Positions 47,696-55,783 of a DNA stretch of 64,000 bases are shown in pieces. Every line of letters begins with the position of its first letter. Within the stretch, counting starts at the first letter, position 1. Under the pieces are notes generated by a model. The model did not search any database and was not told where the DNA came from. It was given only the letters and a program-made list of their open reading frames with translations. The stretch comes from Verrucomicrobiaceae bacterium. GTDB lineage: Bacteria; Verrucomicrobiota; Verrucomicrobiia; Verrucomicrobiales; Akkermansiaceae. The translations under genes were made by a program, and so were the position numbers. The DNA lies in NCBI GenBank assembly GCA_051252135.1, contig JBPOGH010000004.1:193591-257590 (forward strand), in the 5' to 3' direction.

Positions 47696-48748
47696 TTATT
47701 TGGTGCAGAGCTCGACAACGAGTCGGTGGAGGACCATGCGGTGGTCCTGGCCGGTGGTGACGAGGGCGCGGTCGGCGTGGAGGCAGGCTTCGAGTCCGCG
47801 CTGGAGTTGAGGGAGGGTGAATCCGCGGGCTCCTTTGGCGGCCATTTTGAGTCCCCAGGTGTTGATGCCGCCTTCTTTCTTTTTGGGGAGGACGGCGAGG
47901 ATGCCTTTGGGGGCGGAGTTGACGGAGCGGTAGGGTTCGATGAGTTTGGCGAAGAAGAGATTCCGAACGGTGGGGATGATGGCGGCTTTGACGAGGGCGA
48001 TGGCGCTTTCGTTTTTGGTGAGTTGTTGGTCGATGAGCTCGATGGCGCGGCTGGCGCGGCGTGCCTCGATGGCGCGGGAGATTTCCCAGATGACACCTTT
48101 TCGGCTGAGGGGGACCATCGTTTGGACATCGGCGAGGGTGACCTCGGAGCGGTCCGTTCCGAGGAAGAGGGAGAGTTTTTCGAGTTCGTTACTGATCTGG
48201 CGGGTGTCCTCGCCGGCGAGTTGGACGAAGAGGTGGAGGGCGTCGGAGGTGAAGGTGAGGTTTTTGTCTCCGGCGCCGCGCTCGACGAGGAGGGCGACCT
48301 TGTCTTCCCAGCCGTCTTTTGAGACGTCGATGCGATCGTAGCTACGGACCTCGGCGTTTTTGGTGAGCCATTTGTAGAAGGCGCGGCGTTTGTCGATGCC
48401 GGTGGCGCTGAGGAGGAAGGTGACCTCATCGGGGAGGCCGGACCGGAGGGTGTCGAGGATGTTTTCGACTCCGGTTTTGGCGCGCTCGGCCTCGCTGGTG
48501 CGGTCGCTGGCCATGAAGTTGGCGTTCTTGAGCCAGACGACCTTGGCGCCTCCGAAGAAGCCCATGGTCTGGAGTCCTTCGACGGCCTGGCTGGCGATGG
48601 TGTGGGCGTGCTCGGCGTTATCGGCCGCGCCTTCGATGATTTCGTTGGCGAATTCGTCGCTTCCGGCGGGTTTGAGCTTTTCGAAAAGCTTTGAGGCCTC
48701 TTCTGAGACCTTGCCTTCATCGGAACCGGTGACCACGTAAACTGGCAT
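47696..48748 (-). CDS. holA: DNA polymerase III subunit delta
   Basis: PVYVVTGSD, TMGFFGGAKVV, IDKR, ISNELEKL, C-terminal ADRALVT. Confidence 0.88.
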   Translation of the reverse strand: MPVYVVTGSDEGKVSEEASKLFEKLKPAGSDEFANEIIEGAADNAEHAHTIASQAVEGLQTMGFFGGAKVVWLKNANFMASDRTSEAERAKTGVENILDTLRSGLPDEVTFLLSATGIDKRRAFYKWLTKNAEVRSYDRIDVSKDGWEDKVALLVERGAGDKNLTFTSDALHLFVQLAGEDTRQISNELEKLSLFLGTDRSEVTLADVQTMVPLSRKGVIWEISRAIEARRASRAIELIDQQLTKNESAIALVKAAIIPTVRNLFFAKLIEPYRSVNSAPKGILAVLPKKKEGGINTWGLKMAAKGARGFTLPQLQRGLEACLHADRALVTTGQDHRMVLHRLVVELCTK

Positions 48749-48894
48749 TGGGGATTTTTTAGCGGTCCGGATGAAGGGCGGCAAGCTTTGGGGGTGTTTC
48801 TTAAGATGTTTTAAATAATGTCAATAAGGTTGCATCGATTAAGGTGGGTTATTGGCGTGCATTCTGCTCTTCTGACCGTGAATCAGATTATCTT

Positions 48895-49605
48895 ATGAAA
48901 AAGTATGTTATTTCACTCTTAACTTGCACGGCCTTCGGGGCTGCGCATGCCGCTGTCATCGTTTCGGACGATTTCTCTTATGCCGACGGGGCCCTCGTCG
49001 GAAATGGGGGATGGGCAAGCCATAGTGGAACTGCCGGAACGCTGCTTGTCGCCGGAGGGGCGGCTCAAGTTTCCCAGGATAGTGGATCCGAGGATGCAAA
49101 TTTAGGATATGGCACAAGTTACTCAACGGGAATTGTAACCGCGTCGTTTGATATTTTCGTGACTGCTGCTAGCCCTATTGGGGGTGGGGATTATGAATAT
49201 TTTGCGCACTTTAAGGATGCTGGCTTTGGTTTCCGTAGTCGGATCGATCTAGTTGCCCCTACGGCCGGGGGAGATTTCACCATTGGCATCGCGACAACTT
49301 CTTCAACCGCTGAGGCCACCCTTCCAACGGATTTCTCGTTCAGTTCTGTTGTCCCGGTGACAATCACCTTTGACCTGGATACAGGATTGTCGAGTTTGAC
49401 AGCCGGAGGAAATACCGTCCTTTCCACCACTCCATCATTGGGAGATTCCGTGGAGGCGTTTGGACTTCGTCAGTCGAATTCAAGTTCCGATGAGCTTATT
49501 GCCGTCGACAACCTGATTCTCTCCTATGATGCACCTGTTCCCGAGCCATCTAGTGCGGTTCTTGGTAGTCTGGCACTTCTTGGGCTGATTCGCCGTAAGC
49601 GCTAG
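48895..49605 (+). CDS. PEP-CTERM sorting-domain protein
   Basis: Signal peptide; C-terminal VPEPSSAVLGSLALLGLIRRKR. Confidence 0.93.
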   Translation: MKKYVISLLTCTAFGAAHAAVIVSDDFSYADGALVGNGGWASHSGTAGTLLVAGGAAQVSQDSGSEDANLGYGTSYSTGIVTASFDIFVTAASPIGGGDYEYFAHFKDAGFGFRSRIDLVAPTAGGDFTIGIATTSSTAEATLPTDFSFSSVVPVTITFDLDTGLSSLTAGGNTVLSTTPSLGDSVEAFGLRQSNSSSDELIAVDNLILSYDAPVPEPSSAVLGSLALLGLIRRKR

Positions 49606-49629
49606 TCTCTTTGAGATTTGAGTTTTCAG

Positions 49630-49661
49630 AAAGCGGTTCCTTCGGGGACCGCTTTTTTTTT
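49630..49661 (+). terminator. Intrinsic terminator
   Basis: AAAGCGGTTCC-TTCG-GGGACCGCTTT followed by a T-run. Confidence 0.9.
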
Positions 49662-49797
49662 GGGGTTGTTTCAGTTTGAGGAGGGGTCAGCGTGAAATTT
49701 TCCATGGTGAGTTAGTTCCGGGTGGTTGATCGGTGGGACGCGAGACCGTTGTTGTTAGAGGAGGTGCTGAAGGGGGCGGGGATGCCAGCTTTCCTGA

Positions 49798-51183
49798 TTA
49801 GGAGAGAATATTTCCCACGATGTGGCCGTGGACGTCGGTGAGGCGGAAGTTACGGCCCTGGTATTTGTAGGTGAGTTTTTTGTGTTCGATGCCGAGGAGG
49901 TGGAGGGCGGTGGCGTGGAAGTCGTGGACGTGGAAGGGGTCTTTTTGAGCGGTGAAGCCGAAGGGGTCGGTCTCGCCGTAGGTGATGCCGCCTTTGATAC
50001 CGCCGCCGGACATGAACATGGAGCCGGATTTGGTGTGGTGGTCGCGGCCGGAGCCTTGGGACATGGGGGTGCGGCCGAATTCGCCTCCCCAGATGACGAG
50101 GGTGTCCTCGAGGAGGCCGCGTTGTTTTAAATCCTGAATGAGGGCGGCGGTGCCTTGGTCGATCTCTTTGGTGCGGGACTTCATGCCGCCTTCGATATTT
50201 CCGTGGTGGTCCCAGCCGCTGTGGTAGAGCTGGATGAAACGGACGCCGCGCTCGGCCATGCGGCGGGCCATGAGGCAGTTGGAGCCGAAAGAGCCGTCGG
50301 GTTTGTCTCCGATTCCGTAGAGGTCGCGGGTGGCTTTCGATTCTCCTTTGAAGTCGGCGAGGTCTGGGACGCTGGCTTGCATTTTATAGGCGAGTTCGTA
50401 CTGCGCGAGGCGGGTGAGGATTTCGGGATCAGCGACTTGGTCGTGATGAATGCCGTTGAGCTTGGCGAGGGTGTCCAGAGAAGCTCGCTGAGTGGAGCGG
50501 GCGATGCCCTCTGGTGACTGGAGATAGTTGAGAGGGGTGCCTTTTGAGTAGAACTCGACTCCGGTGTGCTTGCCGGGGAGGAAGCCGGCGTTCCAGGCGG
50601 TTTGGGGGATGGGTTGGCCTTCGGGTCCGGAGCGCATCACGACAAAGGAAGGGAGGTTATCGGCGACGCTGCCGAGGCCGTAGCTGACCCACGAGCCCAT
50701 GGAGGGGCGCCCGGCGATGGCGGTGCCGGTGTTGATGAAGGCGTGGGCGGGGTCGTGGTTGACCTGGTCGGTTTGTTGGGTGCGGATGATGCAGAGGTCA
50801 TCGGCGACTGACTGAATGTGAGGGAGGAGGTTGGAAATCTCTTGGCCGGATTGGCCGCACTTTTTGAATTCGGTTTTCGCACCGAAGCAGTTGAGGGCGG
50901 AGTGCTGGAGGAAGGCGAGTTTGACGCCTTTGGTGAGGGACTCGGGGATGGGTTTGCCGTTGTTCTCGCGGAGCTTGGGCTTGTTATCGAAGGACTCAAA
51001 TTGAGACGGGCCACCGGCCATGTAGAGGTAGATGACGCGCTTGGCGCGCGGCGCGTGGTGGGAGATGCCGCCGAGGCCGTCTTGGGCGAGGAGGGAAGAG
51101 AAGGCGGAGGTGGCAAGGAGGGAGGAAGACTTTTGGAGGAAATCGCGGCGGGTGGGGGGAGCTGAACATTTAACATTTAACAT
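49798..51183 (-). CDS. DUF1501-domain protein (Tat-exported)
   Basis: TRRDFL Tat motif, AKRVIYLYMAGGPSQ, WDHH, WGGEFGRTP, GRDH. Confidence 0.95.
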   Translation of the reverse strand: MLNVKCSAPPTRRDFLQKSSSLLATSAFSSLLAQDGLGGISHHAPRAKRVIYLYMAGGPSQFESFDNKPKLRENNGKPIPESLTKGVKLAFLQHSALNCFGAKTEFKKCGQSGQEISNLLPHIQSVADDLCIIRTQQTDQVNHDPAHAFINTGTAIAGRPSMGSWVSYGLGSVADNLPSFVVMRSGPEGQPIPQTAWNAGFLPGKHTGVEFYSKGTPLNYLQSPEGIARSTQRASLDTLAKLNGIHHDQVADPEILTRLAQYELAYKMQASVPDLADFKGESKATRDLYGIGDKPDGSFGSNCLMARRMAERGVRFIQLYHSGWDHHGNIEGGMKSRTKEIDQGTAALIQDLKQRGLLEDTLVIWGGEFGRTPMSQGSGRDHHTKSGSMFMSGGGIKGGITYGETDPFGFTAQKDPFHVHDFHATALHLLGIEHKKLTYKYQGRNFRLTDVHGHIVGNILS

Positions 51184-51197
51184 CTAACACTTAAGTT
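51163..51197. repeat. Heptamer tandem repeat (TTAACAT-like, 4-5 units) overlapping the DUF1501 start codon
   Basis: tgaacat ttaacat ttaacat ctaacac ttaagtt. Confidence 0.85.
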
Positions 51198-51227
51198 TGA
51201 ATTAGGAAGAGCGCGCTACGCGCGCGG

Positions 51228-51608
51228 TTATTTTTCGCCTTCGGCGAGGCGGGCCTGGAGGGTGCGGATGCTGGCGGCGAAGATCCGTTCGAGTTCATCG
51301 GTTTCCTGAATGAGAGGTTCGATGAGGTTTGGTTTTTCGACGAGGGGGACGCGGTGGATGAGTTTGAGCCAGCGGGTGGTTTCACGGAGTTCCTTGAGTC
51401 CAATTTTTAGTTTATGGATGAAGTCTTTGTTGGATTCGGCGGCCTGGGCTTCTCCGTGGTGGGCGAGAGCGGCAGTGCCTGAGCGAAGGAGCTGCTTTGA
51501 GATATGGGTTTTACTCTGGGTTCCGGTGAGGGATTCCGAAAGGCGGATAATTCTTGCCGCATATTCGAGGAGGCGGTCTTCCAGGTCGTAATCGGTTTCG
51601 GAGTTCAT
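51228..51608 (-). CDS. Four-helix-bundle protein (23S rRNA IVP / Avd-like family)
   Basis: DLEDRLLEYAARII, QLLRSGTA, EAQAAESNKDFIHKLKIGLKELRET..WL. Start reset to ATG 51608. Confidence 0.93.
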   Translation of the reverse strand: MNSETDYDLEDRLLEYAARIIRLSESLTGTQSKTHISKQLLRSGTAALAHHGEAQAAESNKDFIHKLKIGLKELRETTRWLKLIHRVPLVEKPNLIEPLIQETDELERIFAASIRTLQARLAEGEK

Positions 51609-51616
51609 GGGTGGGG

Positions 51617-54600
51617 TTAGCTTCTGGTGAGGAACTCGTGGAGGTTGAGGATGACCCGGGACACGGCGGTCCAGGCGGCTTGTTGGGGGTGGTTTTCTTT
51701 TGGGGGTGGTTGCTGGCCGATGGTGAGGAGGGCGGTGGCTTCGGTGGGGTGTTTGGTGAAGCGGGTGAGCATTTTTTCGTAAAGGCTTCGTACTTCGGTT
51801 TTCTCTTCGGGTGAGGGTGGGCGTTGGAGGGTGAGTAGGTAGAGGTGGTCGATGGGGGACGGGTGGGTGATGAGGCGGGCGGCGAGGAGGCGGGCGGCTT
51901 CGGTGAATTGGGGGTCGTTGAGGAGGGCGAGGGCTTGGGCGGGGGTGTTGGTGATGGGGCGCTTGGCGGTGCACTCCTGGCGGGTGGGGGCATCGAGGGC
52001 GAGCATGGCGGGGTGGATGTTCTGGCGTTTCCAGAAGGTGTAGAGGGAGCGTTGGTATTGGGCTTTGCCGGGGTTGGTGTCCCAAATTTGGTAGCGGGAG
52101 CCGAACATGACCTTGTTGGACTTTTGCCAGTAGGGGTCGGGTTGGTAGGGGAAGAAGGATTGGGTGGGGATGGTGATGGTGAGTTGGAGGAGTCCGGCGG
52201 CGGCGAGGGCGGAGTCACGGATTTCTTCGGCGCTGTGGCGGAAGCGGCCCTGACGGGCGTGGAGGCGGTTGGTGGGGTCGTTTTGGGCGAGGAGGGAGCC
52301 GGGGACGGAGGAGAGTTGGTAGGCGTCGGCGGAGACGAGGAGGCGGATGGTTTTTTTGATGTCCCAGTCCCGGCGGAATTCGCAGGCGAGCCAGTCGAGG
52401 AGGTCGGGGTGGGAGGGCCAGTCGCCCTGGTTGCCGGCGTCCTCGAGGGTTTCGCTGATGCCGCGGCCGTAGAATTGGTGCCAGAGCCGGTTGACGAAGA
52501 CGCGCGGGGTCATGGGGTTATCGCGGGAGACGAGCCAGTTGGCGAGATCGAGGCGGGTGAGGTTTTTTCCGGGTTGTGGATTGGCGAAGTATTCGGGGAG
52601 TTCGGGGCGGGCGAGGGGGCCGGACTCGTCCATGAAGTTTCCGCGTTTGAGGACGTGGGTTTTTTTGGCCTCCGCTTCCTTGCTGACGAGAGTGGGGGTG
52701 GCGCTTTGGCGGTGGAGGTAGGCCTGGCGGTAGAGTTCGGTGAGGTGGGCGGCGAGTTGGGGGTTTTGCGCTTCGCGGAAGGCGATCCCGATGAGTTGGG
52801 TGTGGATGGGGCGTCGGTCGGCGGGTTTCTTTTTGAGGGAGGTGAGGAGGAGGTTGTGAAAGTGCTGGCGGTCGTCGCGGTTGTAGGGGAGTTCCCAGAA
52901 GTAGCGGTAGGCGGATTCGGCTTGTTCGTTGAGGAAGAATTGGTGGACGGAGGTGCGGTAGCCGGAGCCGCCCCAGGTGACCTTGCCGCCGGCTTGCATC
53001 CAGGCCATGACTTGCGGGGTGTAGGGGGCGTTGAGGAAGGAGCTTTTGGGGATTTCGAGGCGGGTTAGTTTGCCGGTTTCGGGGAGGGGTCCCATGTGCT
53101 TGATTTTTTTGGGGTCGAGCCAGGGGTGTGATTCTTTGAGGAGGGGGTGGTCCTTGGGGCCCCAGTAGTAGGTGAGGTGGTAGGACTGGTGCCAGCCGAC
53201 GCGGCGGTAGGCTCCGTTGATGATCTGGAGGGCGACGAACTCGGGCGGGTTTTCGGGGGCGAGGGTGAGGTGGGTGAAGAAGGCTTCGTTGGGGCCCTGG
53301 ACGGGGCTGATGAGGGTTTCGCCGGAGAGGTGTCGGGTGATGGTGTCGGGAGGGGCGATGACCTGGCGGCCGGTTTCCACCTGAGTGAATGTGCCGGAGG
53401 TGAGGTGGGCGGGGCCAAGGGTGGGAGGGAACCAGGGCCAGTCGACGCTGCCTTTGGTTTGTTTGGCGAAGGTTTCGGCGGCGAGGAGTTCCCTGGACCA
53501 GGTGGTGAGGGCGGCGGGGTCGATGGGAGTGGAGTAGAGTTTTTCTCGTACTTCGTCGATTTGAGCGGCGAGCTGGTGTTCCATTTGGGTGGCTACGGGA
53601 TTGGAGTGAAGGTAGTGGAGGGGGACACGGCGGTCGCCGGGTTCATAGACTCCGGCCTCGATGAGGGGGTCGAAGAAGGCGGCGAGGGAATAGTAGTCTT
53701 TGGCGGAGATGGGATCGTATTTGTGATCGTGGCATTCGGCGCAGCCGGTGGTGGCGCCGAGCCAGACGGTGCCGATGGCGCGGACGTGCTCGCCCTTAAG
53801 TGCGTAGAGGGCTTCCTTTTCGATGACCCCGGCCTCGCAGTTGGTTTTGACGAGGCGGTTGTAGGCGGAGGCGGTGAGGGTGCGGTCGTTGCGGTCGGGG
53901 AGGAGGTCGCCGGCGATTTGTTCGCGGGTGAATTGATCGAAGGGGGTGTTGTCGCGGAAGGATTCGATGACGTATTTGCGGAAGGGGCCGGAGGCGATGG
54001 GTTCATCGGAGACCATGCCATTGGAGTCGGCGTGGCGGACGAGGTCGAGCCAGAGGAGGCCCTGGTGCTCGGCGAACTCGAGCGAGTTGAGGTAGCGGTC
54101 GACGAATTGCTGGTAGTGTTCCTGTGAGGGGTCCTTGGTGAAGGCGGCGACCTCGGCAGGGGTGGGAGGGAGTCCTCGGAGGTCGTAGGAGAGGCGGCGC
54201 AGGAGGGTGCGGGGGTCGGCTTTTTGGACGGGGGTGACTTTTTCGCGATTCCATTTTCGTTGGAGGAAGGCGTCGACGGGGTGGGGTGCGAGGTTGGGGG
54301 TGTTTGGGCGGGTGAGTTTTTTGTAGGCCCAGTGTTCCTCGTATTGGGCGCCCTGGTTGATCCATTGGGTGAGGAGGGATTTTTGTTCGTCGGTGAGTGC
54401 GTAGACGGAGTCGTGCGGGGGCATGAGATCGCCGGCGTCCCTGGAGTGGATGCGGGCGATGAGTTCGGATTGATTGGCGTGTCCGGGGACGATGGCGCGG
54501 TCTTTGGTGGCTCCCTCGAAGGTATCGAGGCGGAGGTCGGCTTCGCGTTTTTCCTGATCGAAGCCGTGGCAGAAGAAGCAGTTTTCCGAGAGGATGGGAC

Positions 54601-54685
54601 GGATGTCGCGGTTGTAGGAGATCGTTCCGGCCGCGCCGAGGCGGGAAGCGAGGATGAGAAGGGTCAGGAGAACGAGGCGCGGCAT
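51617..54685 (-). CDS. PSCyt1/PSCyt2 (DUF1549) and PSD1 (DUF1553) domain protein
   Basis: YNRDIRPILSENCFFCHG, WLDLVRHAD, CAECHDHKYDP, PSHPDLLDWLA, TNTPAQAL. Confidence 0.93.
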   Translation of the reverse strand: MPRLVLLTLLILASRLGAAGTISYNRDIRPILSENCFFCHGFDQEKREADLRLDTFEGATKDRAIVPGHANQSELIARIHSRDAGDLMPPHDSVYALTDEQKSLLTQWINQGAQYEEHWAYKKLTRPNTPNLAPHPVDAFLQRKWNREKVTPVQKADPRTLLRRLSYDLRGLPPTPAEVAAFTKDPSQEHYQQFVDRYLNSLEFAEHQGLLWLDLVRHADSNGMVSDEPIASGPFRKYVIESFRDNTPFDQFTREQIAGDLLPDRNDRTLTASAYNRLVKTNCEAGVIEKEALYALKGEHVRAIGTVWLGATTGCAECHDHKYDPISAKDYYSLAAFFDPLIEAGVYEPGDRRVPLHYLHSNPVATQMEHQLAAQIDEVREKLYSTPIDPAALTTWSRELLAAETFAKQTKGSVDWPWFPPTLGPAHLTSGTFTQVETGRQVIAPPDTITRHLSGETLISPVQGPNEAFFTHLTLAPENPPEFVALQIINGAYRRVGWHQSYHLTYYWGPKDHPLLKESHPWLDPKKIKHMGPLPETGKLTRLEIPKSSFLNAPYTPQVMAWMQAGGKVTWGGSGYRTSVHQFFLNEQAESAYRYFWELPYNRDDRQHFHNLLLTSLKKKPADRRPIHTQLIGIAFREAQNPQLAAHLTELYRQAYLHRQSATPTLVSKEAEAKKTHVLKRGNFMDESGPLARPELPEYFANPQPGKNLTRLDLANWLVSRDNPMTPRVFVNRLWHQFYGRGISETLEDAGNQGDWPSHPDLLDWLACEFRRDWDIKKTIRLLVSADAYQLSSVPGSLLAQNDPTNRLHARQGRFRHSAEEIRDSALAAAGLLQLTITIPTQSFFPYQPDPYWQKSNKVMFGSRYQIWDTNPGKAQYQRSLYTFWKRQNIHPAMLALDAPTRQECTAKRPITNTPAQALALLNDPQFTEAARLLAARLITHPSPIDHLYLLTLQRPPSPEEKTEVRSLYEKMLTRFTKHPTEATALLTIGQQPPPKENHPQQAAWTAVSRVILNLHEFLTRS

Positions 54686-54787
54686 CGGTGGATTTTAATA
54701 GCTACGTTGAGAAATACAGTTGTCCTACATCATTGTCGTGGAAGAAATTTCATTTTTCGGAACGGGGGGATGGGGATGTGGGGGTAT

Positions 54788-54849
54788 TTTGACGTTTGTT
54801 TGACGAATTTTTGACAGTCGTTTGACGCAAGGAGGGAGAAATCGTGACA
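54788..54849 (+). promoter_or_regulatory. 11-bp-phased TTTGAC(G/A) array; putative OmpR/PhoB-family binding site
   Basis: Units start at 54788, 54799, 54810 and 54821, with an in-phase cgTGACA at 54843. Confidence 0.75.
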
Positions 54850-54862
54850 TGGTGAAGGGGTG

Positions 54863-55771
54863 ATGAAGATGAAATTGAAACTGATGTTGTGTGGGGCTGC
54901 TCTGGCAGTGCCTTTTTCATTGATGGGTCAGAATGCGGATCCGTTTGGGGATGGTGGTGATGCGGGAGGGGGGGCGGTGGATGATCCGTTCGCCGCTGAC
55001 AGTCCTGATCCGTTTGCGGTGACTCCGGAGCCGATGGATCGCTTGAAGAACTCGTCCATTCCGGACGGGCAGGGTGGTTCGATTCGGCTGACCTTTGAGG
55101 TGTTCTCGATGTCGATGGCCGAGGCATCGGGGTATCAGAGGAGCAACCAGAGTGATGTGGAGCTGCTGGAATTGCTTTTGATGGGGGTGGAGAAGAATGC
55201 GGTGAAGCAGGAGGTCTTTCTGGTGGCGCGGGGAAGCTCGGGGCATCGGGTGACGGCGGAATCGATTGTGGAGGAGATTTATCCGACCGAGTGGGAGCCA
55301 GCGGAGCTGCCGAATTATGTGACCGGGACGTTGACGCCGGAGGATATTAAGAAGCTTAAGAAGGGGGAAGCGGGAGAGAGCGCAGCGGAGCTGATGGCGA
55401 AGGCGGGGGAGGCGGGATTGATTCCGATGACTCCGGCGACGCCGACGGCATTTGATACCCGGAATACGGGAATCACCTTTGAGTCGGAGTCGATCACATC
55501 GGCGGACGGGAAGACGATTGATGTTCGTTTTTCGGCGGAGAAGGTGGAGGTGATTGACATTGTGGGATGGGGGCAGGGGTTGTCGCGTTGTGAGATGCCG
55601 ATATTTGCGTCGTCATCGCTGAGTGCGGGGCTGAAGATGAAGGTGGGAGTTCCGTATTTTGTGGGGACGATGACGCCGCGGGTGGAGCGGGCGTTCAGCG
55701 AGGATGTTGAGAAGAAAGAGGTGGAAGCGCGTGCGTGGATGGCCTTTGTGACGGCTGCGGTGGTGAAATAA
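54863..55771 (+). CDS. Secreted protein resembling the secretin (type II/III) C-terminal domain; N-terminal DPF repeats
   Basis: SGHRVTAESIVEEIYPTEWEP, TPTAFDTRNTGITFE, MPIF; three DPF motifs after the signal peptide. Confidence 0.65.
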   Translation: MKMKLKLMLCGAALAVPFSLMGQNADPFGDGGDAGGGAVDDPFAADSPDPFAVTPEPMDRLKNSSIPDGQGGSIRLTFEVFSMSMAEASGYQRSNQSDVELLELLLMGVEKNAVKQEVFLVARGSSGHRVTAESIVEEIYPTEWEPAELPNYVTGTLTPEDIKKLKKGEAGESAAELMAKAGEAGLIPMTPATPTAFDTRNTGITFESESITSADGKTIDVRFSAEKVEVIDIVGWGQGLSRCEMPIFASSSLSAGLKMKVGVPYFVGTMTPRVERAFSEDVEKKEVEARAWMAFVTAAVVK

Positions 55772-55783
55772 GGAGAGAAAGAG

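Noticed and set aside
51228..51608. Diversity-generating retroelement, suggested by the Avd-like protein
   Set aside because: No reverse transcriptase and no TR/VR pair with adenine-specific mismatches seen. The 60-bp repeat has a single non-adenine difference on the coding strand.
51609..52085. N-terminal extension of the four-helix-bundle ORF (possible frameshift fusion with PSD1)
   Set aside because: Pro/His/Arg-rich alternate frame of the PSD1 gene. PSD1 ends normally (LNLHEFLTRS*) and the small gene has its own ATG.
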